Assembly (NCBI GenBank): GCA_032116735.1
Contig: JAUMAK010000005.1
Coordinates: 12,418-76,417, forward strand
Origin: Pirellulaceae bacterium
GTDB taxonomy: Bacteria > Planctomycetota > Planctomycetia > Pirellulales > Pirellulaceae
Length of the DNA stretch: 64,000 nt
Direction of reading: 5' to 3'
Part shown: positions 9,659 through 19,219 of the stretch, piece by piece
Layout of the letters: every line of letters starts with the position of its first letter
Numbering within the stretch: the first letter of the stretch is position 1
Notes under the pieces: model-generated
What the model was told of the DNA's origin: nothing
The model's input: the letters and a program-made list of their open reading frames with translations, nothing else
The model's database searches: none
Program-made: the position numbers and the translations under genes

Positions 9659-12600
9659 TGGCGAACTGATCGGGGGTTGGTAGTTGCGGGTTGGGCAGGA
9701 ACCTTCAGCCCCAGTTGGCTTAGGGCATCGAGCCGTTCTTTGCTCTTGGGGGCGAGTTCGTGTTGCGGGTGTTTGCGAACGACAAAGTCATAGAATTGCA
9801 TCGCGATCTCACCCGACTTTTTGCGGGCGTCCGCCTCTTTGACTCCTTGCATCATCAATTCGGCGCATCGACCGGCTTCATAACCACTTTTGGCTTGCCA
9901 GTTTTTGACTTCTGCCGAGGCCTGTTCGGCGCCATAGCCGAACATGACCCGTTGGAATTCGGGGATCGCCTTGGCGAAATCTTTACGACCGAAGAGGATC
10001 TCACCGACCATGAAGCGGGCACGGGCACCCAGGTCGTTCCGTTCCTTCTCCGCGACTTCGGCGTAGACGGTCATCGCCTCGTCCTCTTTGCCCGACTGCT
10101 GCAGCGAGTAGGCCGTCTCGTAGCGGGCCTTCGACAGATAGGACGAGTTGGGGAAACGTTTGCCCAATTCGTTAAACCATTCGACCGACGGCTCCCACTT
10201 CATGAGTTGCGACAGGCTTTGACCGCCGTGGAGGAAGACGAGTTCGCGAATTTGTCGGTCGGCGGCTTCGCCGATGGTCTTTTCTGATTCGTCCTTCTCG
10301 GTGATCCTTTTGCGGGCCGTTTCGTAAGCGGCCAAAGCGGCGTCGAACCGAGAGAGTTTGAATTGACCTTCGCCGACCATCAGGAGCGCATCGGGCAGGA
10401 ATTGTCCTTCGGGGAATTGCTTGGCAAGGTCGACGAAGGTTGATGAGGACGGTTCGAACTGGCCTGCCTTGTACTGCGACCACCCTTGGCGATAGAGCGC
10501 CTTCTCTTTCAATTCGGGGGAGGCCTTGGGGGATTGGGCCGCCGCGCCGAACGCCGCGATCGCATCCGCCCAGGACTCTCGCGAGTAATTCTGTTGTCCC
10601 AGGAAGTAATTCGCTTCGGGGAGACGGTCTGATTCGGGAAAGCGAGCGATCAACTCTTTGAACTGGGCCTCGGCGAGTTCGTTTTTGCCGTCATCCTTGT
10701 AGGCCCATGCCAGTTCGGCGAGGACCTTTTCGGACTCCGGGTAATCGGGGAGCGTTCTGACGATTTCGTCGAGGCGTTTGGAGGCGAGGTCCGGTCGTTT
10801 TTGTGACTGTTCGATGAGCGCCAATTCATAAAGGGCATTACCGCGGGGCACAGCAACCGGTGCGGTCTTCAAGAATTCTTCAAGCTGGGCTTTCGACTCT
10901 TCGGGCCGGTTGAGGGTTCGGAGGCACATCCCCATCGCCAGTCGGGCATCGCCGACAATCGGATGGCTGGGGTGTTCTTTGAGGATTTGTTCGAGAGGTC
11001 CGAGGGCGGCTTCGGCTTGGTTGCCGCGCATCAGGTTCCACCCTTTGCCGTAGAGGGCGAAGGGGGCGAGCGCGGGCTCTTTGGCCGATTTGATCAGTTC
11101 GTCGAACTTAGCGACGGCCCCTGGGTGGTCACCTTGGCGGGCCTTCATTAGTGCGAGGCGATAGCGGGCCTGATCGCCCCAGGGGTTGTCGGCGAGCTTT
11201 TGGGCCATTTCTTCCCAGGTTTTCGCGGCCAGTTCGTCATTGCCGGCAACGACATGGGCTTGGCCGAGTTGCAAATAGGCCTCATTGGCGAAGGGCCAAG
11301 TCACATCGGCGGCCAGCGAGTCGGAAAAGGCTTTGGCCGCTTCTGGACCGCGGCGTTGGGAGAGGTGGATTTGTCCGGCCACGAAGAGGGCTTCGGCCAA
11401 TTGCGGCGGTGAGAACGCCCCACGTTCGGCTTCGATCAACTTGATCCCTTCGTCGGGTTGGCCGGCCGCCGAACGTGCCGTCGCGGCGCGAATCACCCAG
11501 AGGGGCCACTGGGGTTTTTGTTTGGAGGCGGGGTCGTCGAGCAGCTTGGCGTACTGTTCGACCGATTTGGCTGGGTCACCCGCGGCGAGTTCCGCCTCGG
11601 CAACGATGTAGCGGACGTCGGGGACGAGTGAGTCGTTCGCAAATTTTTCGAGGAACTCGGAACCGAGTTCGAGGGCCGGACCGGCCTGCCCGAGGTCCAA
11701 TGCGGCGAACGCGGTGTTGTAAAGTGCCCGCGGCGCTTCGGGGGCTTGGGGTGCGGCACGGTACAGGTCGGCAAAAAGCTGCATCGCTTCGGCAGCCTTT
11801 CCGGGCAAAAGCATGGTCGCTTCGGCGAGGTCGAGCTTGAGCGTGTTCGCGTAGGGCCCTGTCGCACCGGCGTCGATTTGCTGTTTCGCGACGGCCGCGG
11901 CTTCCTGTGGTTTGCCGTCGCGCAGCGCGATCATCGCCAACCAGTGGGCCGACTCGGTCGATGAGGCGGGATCTTTGAGCGACATCACTCGTTGGAATCG
12001 CTTGGAGGCCTCTGGCAAATCGCCGGCACGATAGGTCGCCTGGGCGGAAGCGAGCATCGCGGCCCCCGCGTAAGGCGAGTCGGGAAACTCTTTGATCAAT
12101 CGCTCATAAATCGCGGACGCCTCCGCGGGCCGTTCGGCCTGGACGAGGGCGAAGGCCTGTCGCAGCAAAGCGTAAGGCTGTTGCGGCCCCGGGGCACTGG
12201 CGATCGGTTCGAAGTAACCAATCGCCTCAGCGAACTTCTTCTGAACGATGCTGGCATCCCCCATGCGGACCTTGGCATCGGCCTGCAGACGCGGGTCCTG
12301 GCAACCGCCGATGACCGCGCGATAGGCCTGCATCGCGTCATCGAAACGACCGGCATCTTCCAGTGCGATCCCTCGAGCGAAGATCGCTTCGCAGCGAAGT
12401 GGGGATTCTTTGGCCGATTCCAGTGCCAGGAGCTGGTCGTAGAGCTTGATCGCGTCTTCCGTTTTACCTAACGCGTAAGCCGCCTCGCCGCCGTAAAATA
12501 ATGCGCGGTCGAGAAATTTGCTCATCGGCTTTTCACGGATCAGCATCTGAAAGGCGGTTAGGCTCGCTTCCAGTCGTTTCACGTCCCGCCGTTCGCCACC

Positions 12601-13116
12601 CCCCGCGGCAGCGAATTGGCACCAACCCAGGTTGACCAAGCTCTCTTCGCGAATGTCCGACTTCGGGTCGGTGACGGCCCGGGCGAACGCGTCGGCGGCC
12701 AAAGCGTAGTCGGGATTTGCCTGTTGCATGTAGCAAACCCCCAGGTAATGCGATGCCTTGGGAACAAGCGGTTCTTTGGGGTATTCCGCCAAGAACCGTT
12801 TCCACCCTTCGATCGCCAACGGGATCGCCCCGTTCGTCTGAAAATTGGCGGCGTCGGCATAGGCCGCCATTGCCTTTTCATTCACCTGATCAGCCGGGGC
12901 CGTTGGCTTCGCACCCGCGGGGGCTGGAGGTTTGGCAGCGGCTGCTGTCGGAGCAGCCGAGCCTTTAGGCTCTTTCGCCCCCTTCGGCCCTTGGCCGAGG
13001 CCGGGTTGATACGAAAGTAGCGCGTGCCCGATGAGGATCGAGCAGAAGAGCGTGATCGTGATCCGGCGGTTTTGGCAAAAAACCGCAAGGAATGGCGGGG
13101 GTGACTGCGATGGCAT
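9655..13116 (-). CDS. giant membrane-anchored tetratricopeptide-repeat protein (YbgF/CpoB/BamD-style TPRs)
   Basis: 1153 aa. N-terminal hydrophobic anchor (ITLFCSILIGHALL), an A/P/K-rich linker, then many TPR-like helix pairs, e.g. PEANYFLGQQNYSRESWADAIAAFGAAAQ, EKALYRQGWSQYKAGQFEPSSSTFVDLAKQFP, ARARFMVGEILFGRKDFAKAIPEFQRVMFGY. Confidence 0.8.
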   Translation of the reverse strand: MPSQSPPPFLAVFCQNRRITITLFCSILIGHALLSYQPGLGQGPKGAKEPKGSAAPTAAAAKPPAPAGAKPTAPADQVNEKAMAAYADAANFQTNGAIPLAIEGWKRFLAEYPKEPLVPKASHYLGVCYMQQANPDYALAADAFARAVTDPKSDIREESLVNLGWCQFAAAGGGERRDVKRLEASLTAFQMLIREKPMSKFLDRALFYGGEAAYALGKTEDAIKLYDQLLALESAKESPLRCEAIFARGIALEDAGRFDDAMQAYRAVIGGCQDPRLQADAKVRMGDASIVQKKFAEAIGYFEPIASAPGPQQPYALLRQAFALVQAERPAEASAIYERLIKEFPDSPYAGAAMLASAQATYRAGDLPEASKRFQRVMSLKDPASSTESAHWLAMIALRDGKPQEAAAVAKQQIDAGATGPYANTLKLDLAEATMLLPGKAAEAMQLFADLYRAAPQAPEAPRALYNTAFAALDLGQAGPALELGSEFLEKFANDSLVPDVRYIVAEAELAAGDPAKSVEQYAKLLDDPASKQKPQWPLWVIRAATARSAAGQPDEGIKLIEAERGAFSPPQLAEALFVAGQIHLSQRRGPEAAKAFSDSLAADVTWPFANEAYLQLGQAHVVAGNDELAAKTWEEMAQKLADNPWGDQARYRLALMKARQGDHPGAVAKFDELIKSAKEPALAPFALYGKGWNLMRGNQAEAALGPLEQILKEHPSHPIVGDARLAMGMCLRTLNRPEESKAQLEEFLKTAPVAVPRGNALYELALIEQSQKRPDLASKRLDEIVRTLPDYPESEKVLAELAWAYKDDGKNELAEAQFKELIARFPESDRLPEANYFLGQQNYSRESWADAIAAFGAAAQSPKASPELKEKALYRQGWSQYKAGQFEPSSSTFVDLAKQFPEGQFLPDALLMVGEGQFKLSRFDAALAAYETARKRITEKDESEKTIGEAADRQIRELVFLHGGQSLSQLMKWEPSVEWFNELGKRFPNSSYLSKARYETAYSLQQSGKEDEAMTVYAEVAEKERNDLGARARFMVGEILFGRKDFAKAIPEFQRVMFGYGAEQASAEVKNWQAKSGYEAGRCAELMMQGVKEADARKKSGEIAMQFYDFVVRKHPQHELAPKSKERLDALSQLGLKVPAQPATTNPRSVRQ

Positions 13117-13394
13117 TGCGATCTATCTTTTAACGCAGGACGAAACCAGCCCCTCATTTTACCCCGCTCCGTAAGGGTCGCAAAGGACGAAACCGGGTTC
13201 TCCCTCCCTTCGGGATGTGGCGAAGTCCATTCGTTCGGCCCGATCGCTGTGGCTTGCCTAATCGATAGTTTTGCGTCGGGGGAGAGGTCACGGCTTTCGA
13301 AGAGAAACGTTCGTTACAGTAATCCGACAGATGCCGCCGCGCGGCCCTCCAAGGGGCTGGGGGTCGCGGGGCAATCCCGCTACTGAGGGTCTCG

Positions 13395-14234
13395 ATGCTC
13401 GACTTATATGACAAGGTTTCGGAAGCCCGAGATCAGATTCGCAACCGCTGGGATCGTCGCCCTCAGGTCGCGATCGTTTTGGGGACGGGCCTGGGAGGCG
13501 TTGTCAACGAGATCGAGGTCGAGGCGATTATCGATTATGCCGAAATCCCTCACTTCCCGATTTCGACCGCGACGAGCCACCGCGGAAGATTGGTTTGCGG
13601 CACCCTGCTCGGCGTGCCGGTCATCGCCATGGACGGGCGGATCCATTTCTATGAAGGCTATCCGCTCAAGCAGATCACCTTGCCGGTCCGCGTCTTCCGC
13701 TCGCTCGGCGCGGAGCTGCTGGTGTTGTCGAACGCGTGCGGGGGGATGAACCCTTACTTCTCGTCAGGCGACATCATGGTGATCGATGATCATATCAACC
13801 TGATCGGTGACAACCCGTTGATCGGGATCAATGACGATCGACTGGGGCCAAGGTTTCCGGACATGAGTGAGCCCTATGATCGGTTTTGGATCGATCGGGT
13901 TCGGGGGATCGCTAGGCGGCATGAGATCGACTTGCATCAGGGTGTCTTTGTTGCGGTCGCCGGCCCGAATTTGGAGACCCGTGCGGAGTACCGATTCTTG
14001 CGGACGATTGGCGCCGACGTGGTGGGAATGAGTACCGTCCCTGAGACGATCGTTGCGGTACATTGCGGGTTGAAAGTGATCGGACTATCGGTGATCACCG
14101 ACATGTGTTTGCCAGATGCGCTTAAGCCGGCCGAGATCAGCGAGATCGTCAGGGTCGCGGAGGAAGCTGAGCCGAAGCTCGCCTTGCTAGTCCGTGAGGT
14201 CGTCCGTGAGGTCGGCATGACGCGGATCGCGTAA
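13395..14234 (+). CDS. purine nucleoside phosphorylase, trimeric PunA-type, with Asp at the base-specificity position
   Basis: 279 aa. Motifs VLGTGLG, SHRGRLV, LSNACGGMNP, VGMSTVPETIVA, LSVITDMC. The Asp codon gac is at 14100-14102, where 6-oxopurine PNPs have Asn. Confidence 0.9.
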   Translation: MLDLYDKVSEARDQIRNRWDRRPQVAIVLGTGLGGVVNEIEVEAIIDYAEIPHFPISTATSHRGRLVCGTLLGVPVIAMDGRIHFYEGYPLKQITLPVRVFRSLGAELLVLSNACGGMNPYFSSGDIMVIDDHINLIGDNPLIGINDDRLGPRFPDMSEPYDRFWIDRVRGIARRHEIDLHQGVFVAVAGPNLETRAEYRFLRTIGADVVGMSTVPETIVAVHCGLKVIGLSVITDMCLPDALKPAEISEIVRVAEEAEPKLALLVREVVREVGMTRIA

Positions 14235-14309
14235 CAGCGTAACAGCGTGAGGTGCCGTGGATCGGTGCGCCCGCGACGAGGGATTAAGGATGGCAGCCGG
14301 TGTTGATGC

Positions 14310-15173
14310 GTGAGGCGATCGATGATGCAGCCACGATCGGGTGTGACGGACCAGACGTTGGGATCGGCGATCCTGCACGTGAGTTCCCGGACCCCCTTAG
14401 TCCCCCGGGTGGCGATCATTTTAGGGAGCGGGTTGGGAGCTTTGGCCGATCGTTTGGCCGATGCGGTTGCGATCGGCTATGACTCGTTGCCAGGCTTCGG
14501 CAGGTCGATGGCGCGGGGCCACCGCGGCGAGTTGATCCTGGGGATGCTGGGCGACATCCCGGCCGTGATGATGGCCGGGCGGTTGCATCGTTACGAAGGG
14601 TATCGCGATGAGCAGATCGTTCTTCCCGTCAGGTTGATGGCCGCGATGGGGGCCGAGATCCTGATCGTCAGCAATGCTGCCGGTGGCTTGAATCCTTTTT
14701 TGCGGGTGGGTGATCTCGTCGTGATCCGCGACCACATCGATTTGGCCTACCGCCGAGGATCGTACCCGTCGGTCGGGACCGAATCCCCCAGGTATCCGAG
14801 TCGGGAGGTGTACGATCCCGGGTTGATCGATGTGGCGTTGGCGGGGGCTAGGGCGGGCGATTTTCGCGCGGTCGAAGGGGTCTATTTGGCGACTTTGGGG
14901 CCGACTTATGAGACCCCTGCCGAGTACCGGATGATGCGTCGGCTCGGGGCGGACGTTGTCGGTATGAGCACCGCACCGGAGGCCCGCGTCGCCGCGGACT
15001 TGGGGTTGCGGGTCTTGGGGTTGTCGGTCGTGACCAACGTAGCGAAGCCCGAACGCGGATCAGCATCGGCCGCCCTACCGACGACCCATGACGAGGTCTT
15101 GGCGGTCGGCCTTGGGGTGGTCGACAAGGTGTGCCGGATCATCGATGAGGTCATGCGAAGCGGAATCGTGTAG
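14310..15173 (+). CDS. punA: purine nucleoside phosphorylase, trimeric PunA-type, with the canonical Asn
   Basis: 287 aa from GTG 14310; ATG 14322/14325 are alternative starts. Motifs ILGSGLG, GHRGELI, VSNAAGGLNP, VGMSTAPEARVA, LSVVTNVA (Asn codon aac at 15036-15038). Confidence 0.85.
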   Translation: MRRSMMQPRSGVTDQTLGSAILHVSSRTPLVPRVAIILGSGLGALADRLADAVAIGYDSLPGFGRSMARGHRGELILGMLGDIPAVMMAGRLHRYEGYRDEQIVLPVRLMAAMGAEILIVSNAAGGLNPFLRVGDLVVIRDHIDLAYRRGSYPSVGTESPRYPSREVYDPGLIDVALAGARAGDFRAVEGVYLATLGPTYETPAEYRMMRRLGADVVGMSTAPEARVAADLGLRVLGLSVVTNVAKPERGSASAALPTTHDEVLAVGLGVVDKVCRIIDEVMRSGIV

Positions 15174-15252
15174 ACTGAGATCTCGAGTCCGTCCACCAGT
15201 TCATCTGCCGCCGTCGGCGGCTTTGCGAGATCGGTCGAAAGCGAGGTCCCAG

Positions 15253-16725
15253 ATGTCAAACGTTCCCTTCCGACCCCTATTCTGCCGGGGTTTTGTCGCA
15301 GTCGTGTGCTTGTCGGCGTTGGCCATTTCGTCGGTAGGCCCGGCGATCGCGCAAGAAAAGGAATCGGCTTCAGCGGTGGCCGAACCGCCGACGCGTGATG
15401 AGATCATCACGATGATCCGCGAACGGCGATTTGCCGACGGCTTGCAGCGATTGGACGATGCCTTGGTCGCCAGTCCGAATGACTACTCCCTGGGCGTCTT
15501 GTACTACAACCTCGTGATGGCGATCGGGAACGACAAGTCGGACGATTCGCTGGCGCTGCTCCGCTCGATCCTGCAGCGTCATCAGGAAGCGCCGAACCCG
15601 GGGGTGGGCAACGTCATCGCCTTGGCCGCCGCGACGGAATCGATCTTGCTGCGAGACGAGTCGCTCTCGTTGGACGACAAGCTGGGGATGCTCGATCGGC
15701 TCGATGAGAAGACGGTGGGTGGCAACCCGATGTTGGAGATGCCTCGGCGAACCGCCATGAACCGCCGCGTTATGTTGCTGCTCAGTGCGGACAGGAAAGA
15801 AGAGGGGTTGGCCAAGCTCGAAGCGTTGGTCACGGAGTCGAAGGCGGATCTCGCTGGGAAATCGCCCACTGCGATCGCGAAATTCGTCACGGCTGTGCAG
15901 ACGTTCCAATCGCTCGGCGGGACGGCCTTCCCAGAGCGGGCAGCGGAATTGATGGCCGAGGCACAGGGCGCGACGTCGGAAGCGTTCGCGGCAGAGCAGG
16001 TCGATCCGCTGGTGATGAACGCGTTCTTCATGCTCCGTTTGAGTCATGCGAACATGCTCGCCCGGACCGATATTGATATGGCGGAAAAATTGCTTAAAGA
16101 GCTCGGCGAGGCGCTCGAATCGGCCCCGACTAAAGTCGGTGAGCAGAACGCCCGAGCGGTTGATGGTTACGCACGTTCGGTTCAGCAGCTTCGTTCGCGG
16201 GTCGCAGCGACGAAAAAGATCAACGCGATGATCGGGACGGAGGCCCCCGAGATCGATGCCGAACACTTCGTCGCCGGCGAGCCGGTCTCGTTGGCCGATC
16301 TCCGCGGCAAGGTCGTGCTGATCGATTTTTGGGCCGTCTGGTGCGGCCCGTGCATCATCACATTCCCGCATCTGATCGAATGGCACGAGAAGTATGCCGA
16401 TAAGGGCTTGGTGATTCTTGGGGCGACGCGGTTCTATGGTTACCGTTGGGATGAGGAGGCCGGTCGTGCGGTCCGCGTTGAGGAGGCGATCCCTGCCGAG
16501 CAAGAGTTAGCGATGTTGGAGAAGTTTCGGGAGTCCCACGGCTTGAAGCACCCGTTCTTTGTCACCCCGGCACAGAGCGATTTTCAAGCAGCCTACGGGG
16601 TGACCGGGATCCCGCACGCGGTCCTGATCGACAAAGCAGGAAAGATCCAAATGATTCGGGTCGGCTCTGGCGAGGCGAACGCGAAGGATCTGGAAGCGAA
16701 GATCGAGGAGCTTTTGGGGAGCTGA
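15253..16725 (+). CDS. TlpA-like thiol:disulfide oxidoreductase (thioredoxin fold) with a long helical N-terminal domain
   Basis: ORF 15088..16725. Start moved to ATG 15253 (MSNVPFRPLFCRGFVAVVCLSALAISS, signal-like). C-terminal thioredoxin motif LIDFWAVWCGPCIITFP. Confidence 0.75.
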   Translation: MSNVPFRPLFCRGFVAVVCLSALAISSVGPAIAQEKESASAVAEPPTRDEIITMIRERRFADGLQRLDDALVASPNDYSLGVLYYNLVMAIGNDKSDDSLALLRSILQRHQEAPNPGVGNVIALAAATESILLRDESLSLDDKLGMLDRLDEKTVGGNPMLEMPRRTAMNRRVMLLLSADRKEEGLAKLEALVTESKADLAGKSPTAIAKFVTAVQTFQSLGGTAFPERAAELMAEAQGATSEAFAAEQVDPLVMNAFFMLRLSHANMLARTDIDMAEKLLKELGEALESAPTKVGEQNARAVDGYARSVQQLRSRVAATKKINAMIGTEAPEIDAEHFVAGEPVSLADLRGKVVLIDFWAVWCGPCIITFPHLIEWHEKYADKGLVILGATRFYGYRWDEEAGRAVRVEEAIPAEQELAMLEKFRESHGLKHPFFVTPAQSDFQAAYGVTGIPHAVLIDKAGKIQMIRVGSGEANAKDLEAKIEELLGS

Positions 16726-16744
16726 TCATCGGGCCGCACTGGCC

Positions 16745-18982
16745 TCAGGCGACATCGCCCAGGTCGAGGACTTCGCCATAGCGCCGCAGGACTTGGCGTT
16801 TAAGGCCTGCGGCGGAAGGGGCGTCGAGTTCGGGATCGATGTCGATCAGCTCTTGGGCGATCTCGCGAGCGACCGTAAGGATCGACTCGTCGCGGACGAG
16901 ATCGGCGATCCGCAGCGGCGGCATGCCGCTTTGTCGTTCCCCCAAGAGGTCACCCGGCCCTCGCATCCGGAAGTCGGCTTCGGCGATGGCGAAGCCATCC
17001 TGGGTTTCGGCGAAGGTCTTGAGCCGCTGGTTGTCAGTCGGTGAGGCTTTGCCGTCGGTGAAGAGGCAGACATGTCCGTCGAGGCCCCCTCGCCCCACCC
17101 TGCCCCGTAGTTGATGGAGCTGCGCGATCCCGAACCGTTCCGCCCCAAGGATCGTCATCACGGTAGCGTTCGGTACGTCGATCCCGACTTCCACGACGGT
17201 GGTGGTGACCAAAATTTGGGTTTCGCCCTGAACGAATTTCTCCATGGCGTTCCCCTTTTCTTCCGCCGACATTCGGCCGTGGAGTAGCCCGATGCGATAG
17301 CCGGCCAGCGGTCCCGCGATGAGTTGTTCGAATGTGGCGAGCGCGGACGAGACGTCCTCGGTTGACCCCTCATTCATTTCCGAACCGATCTCCGTCTCTT
17401 GGAGCAGGGACGGCGGTTCGGCTGTTGGCGGGGCGGGGACCGATTCGGCCCTTGCGACACGGGGTGTGATGACGAAGCCCTGGCGGCCCTGATCGAGCTG
17501 TCGGGCGACGAATTGCCACCACCGATCCCGCCAAGCGTCTTCTGCCAAGTAGGTGCGGGTCGCCCCGCGGCCGGGCGGTTTTTGCCTCAGGGTGCTGACG
17601 TCGAGGTCGCCGAAGAGCGTCATCGTGACCGTCCTGGGGATCGGCGTCGCTGACAAGACGAGGTAGTGGGGGTCGGCGTTCCCTCGGCGCAGAGCCTTTC
17701 GCTGGGAGACGCCGAATTTGTGCTGTTCGTCGATCACGCACAGCCCGAGTTTCGCGAAGCGGATCTCGCCATGCAGAAGAGCTTGGGTGCCGACGAGAAC
17801 ATCGATCTCCCCTTCCGCAACCTGTCTCAACACCTCGCGCCGCTTCGCGGGCGACAGCGATCCGCAGAGCAGCCCGATCCGAACGCGGCTATGCGCGAGC
17901 GATTGGGTCAAGGTGCGGTGATGCTGGCGAGCCAAGACCTCGGTCGGTGCCATCATCACCGCTTGGTGCCTGTGGGCCACCGCTAGCAGCATCGCGTATT
18001 GCGCGACCACCGTCTTACCGCTACCGACGTCTCCCTGCACGAGTCGATTCATCGGGAATTGTCTCGACATGTCTTGGCCGACCTCGGCGATCGCCCGCTG
18101 CTGATCCTCCGTCAGGCGAAAAGGAAAGCGGTTGCGAATCCGTGAATCGATCAAGGGTGTCGGGGGGAGAGGCGGCGCCGATAACGCCGTCGTTAAACGT
18201 CGTCGCCGCAGCGCCAGGGCCAGTTGCAAGACGAGCAACTCTTGGAAGATCAGTCGCCGTTTTGCCCCCTCCAGCGTCGATGCGTCACTGGGACGATGGA
18301 TCTCGCGCAGCGCCTCTGCGATGCCGAACAACGGCGGAGACATCCCTGGCAAAGTCCCTTCGATCCGCGAGCCGGCGGTCGCTCGCAAACGGTCGTCCAG
18401 GACCTCTTCGATCGTATCGGCAAGGGCCGATGTGACGGCGGCGGTGACCCGCCGAAGGTCGGACTGGCGTAAGCCTTCCACCAACGGATAGATCGGTAAA
18501 ATCTTTCCTGATGGGAGCGTCTCGTCGTCCTGCAAGACGGTCACCTTCGGATGGACGAATTCCATCCGCAGGCCGTTGAGCTTCGGGACACCCGAGATGA
18601 GCAGACGGTTCCCACGACGGAGCTGTTCGACGCGATGCGGCTGATTGAAGAACAGCAGTCGCACCACCCCGTGCTCATTTTCGACGACAGCCCCGACGAT
18701 CGATCTGCCCGGCGGGCGGGTGTGGCGCTCGACCTCGGTAACCCTGCCGATCAGCGACGCCGGCTGGCCTTCGCGAAGGGAGTCGATCGCCATCCGTTCG
18801 GCGGGGTGCTCGTAGGATCGCGGGAAACAGAACAGGGCATTCCCCGCGGTGTGAATCTGCAGACGTCGCATCAACGGGGCGCGAGCCGTCCCGACCCCTG
18901 GGACGAATTGGATGTCCGTCCCGAGTTGCAGCGCCGTCGCGGCGGGCGGGATCGGGGGTGGTGAAGGGCCTTCCGGGTTCAC
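16745..18982 (-). CDS. recG: ATP-dependent DNA helicase RecG
   Basis: 745 aa with a GTG start. Wedge/OB N-terminal part. Helicase motif I GDVGSGKTVVA, motif II VIDEQHKFG, SATPIPRT, QLHQLRGRVGRG, and the C-terminal GPGDLLGERQSG TRG-type motif. Confidence 0.92.
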   Translation of the reverse strand: MNPEGPSPPPIPPAATALQLGTDIQFVPGVGTARAPLMRRLQIHTAGNALFCFPRSYEHPAERMAIDSLREGQPASLIGRVTEVERHTRPPGRSIVGAVVENEHGVVRLLFFNQPHRVEQLRRGNRLLISGVPKLNGLRMEFVHPKVTVLQDDETLPSGKILPIYPLVEGLRQSDLRRVTAAVTSALADTIEEVLDDRLRATAGSRIEGTLPGMSPPLFGIAEALREIHRPSDASTLEGAKRRLIFQELLVLQLALALRRRRLTTALSAPPLPPTPLIDSRIRNRFPFRLTEDQQRAIAEVGQDMSRQFPMNRLVQGDVGSGKTVVAQYAMLLAVAHRHQAVMMAPTEVLARQHHRTLTQSLAHSRVRIGLLCGSLSPAKRREVLRQVAEGEIDVLVGTQALLHGEIRFAKLGLCVIDEQHKFGVSQRKALRRGNADPHYLVLSATPIPRTVTMTLFGDLDVSTLRQKPPGRGATRTYLAEDAWRDRWWQFVARQLDQGRQGFVITPRVARAESVPAPPTAEPPSLLQETEIGSEMNEGSTEDVSSALATFEQLIAGPLAGYRIGLLHGRMSAEEKGNAMEKFVQGETQILVTTTVVEVGIDVPNATVMTILGAERFGIAQLHQLRGRVGRGGLDGHVCLFTDGKASPTDNQRLKTFAETQDGFAIAEADFRMRGPGDLLGERQSGMPPLRIADLVRDESILTVAREIAQELIDIDPELDAPSAAGLKRQVLRRYGEVLDLGDVA

Positions 18983-19219
18983 GGGGGAGCGATGGGGTTG
19001 GGAGGGGTTACCGAAGGGGCGATGCGGTCGAACGGAGTTGCTCTCATTGTAGCGAATGTCGACGCGTGTTTACCGGTTGATGACTCGACTTGCCAGGGGG
19101 GGCCCAAAACTGGTAGTCCCCCGATCGATTACCCAGTTCGGGGGGCTGGGACGCCCGTTAAGGATGGATTCGCGCAAACCTATCTCAACCTTGTTCTCTC
19201 CAACCAGGGGACGCGTTCG

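Noticed and set aside
14228-14250. Direct duplication GTAACAGC-GTAACAGC at the stop codon of the first PNP gene
   Set aside because: Only two copies of an 8-mer are present. This is most likely a trivial slippage footprint, and no structure or function can be argued from it.
13395-15173. PNP domains as possible defence effectors (as in some signalling-based systems)
   Set aside because: Both are full-length stand-alone PunA-type enzymes with intact catalytic motifs and no receiver, sensor or TIR/cyclase partner. Metabolic salvage is the simplest reading.
15370-16503. 377-aa - strand ORF inside the TlpA-like gene
   Set aside because: It is antisense to a frame carrying the WCGPC thioredoxin motif, with shadow-type Arg/Asp/Gln/Leu-rich composition. 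The same reasoning applies to 27107-27844, 27971-28915, 31316-32116, 50162-51325, 53154-54230, 53361-54335, 61234-62220 and 62412-63173.
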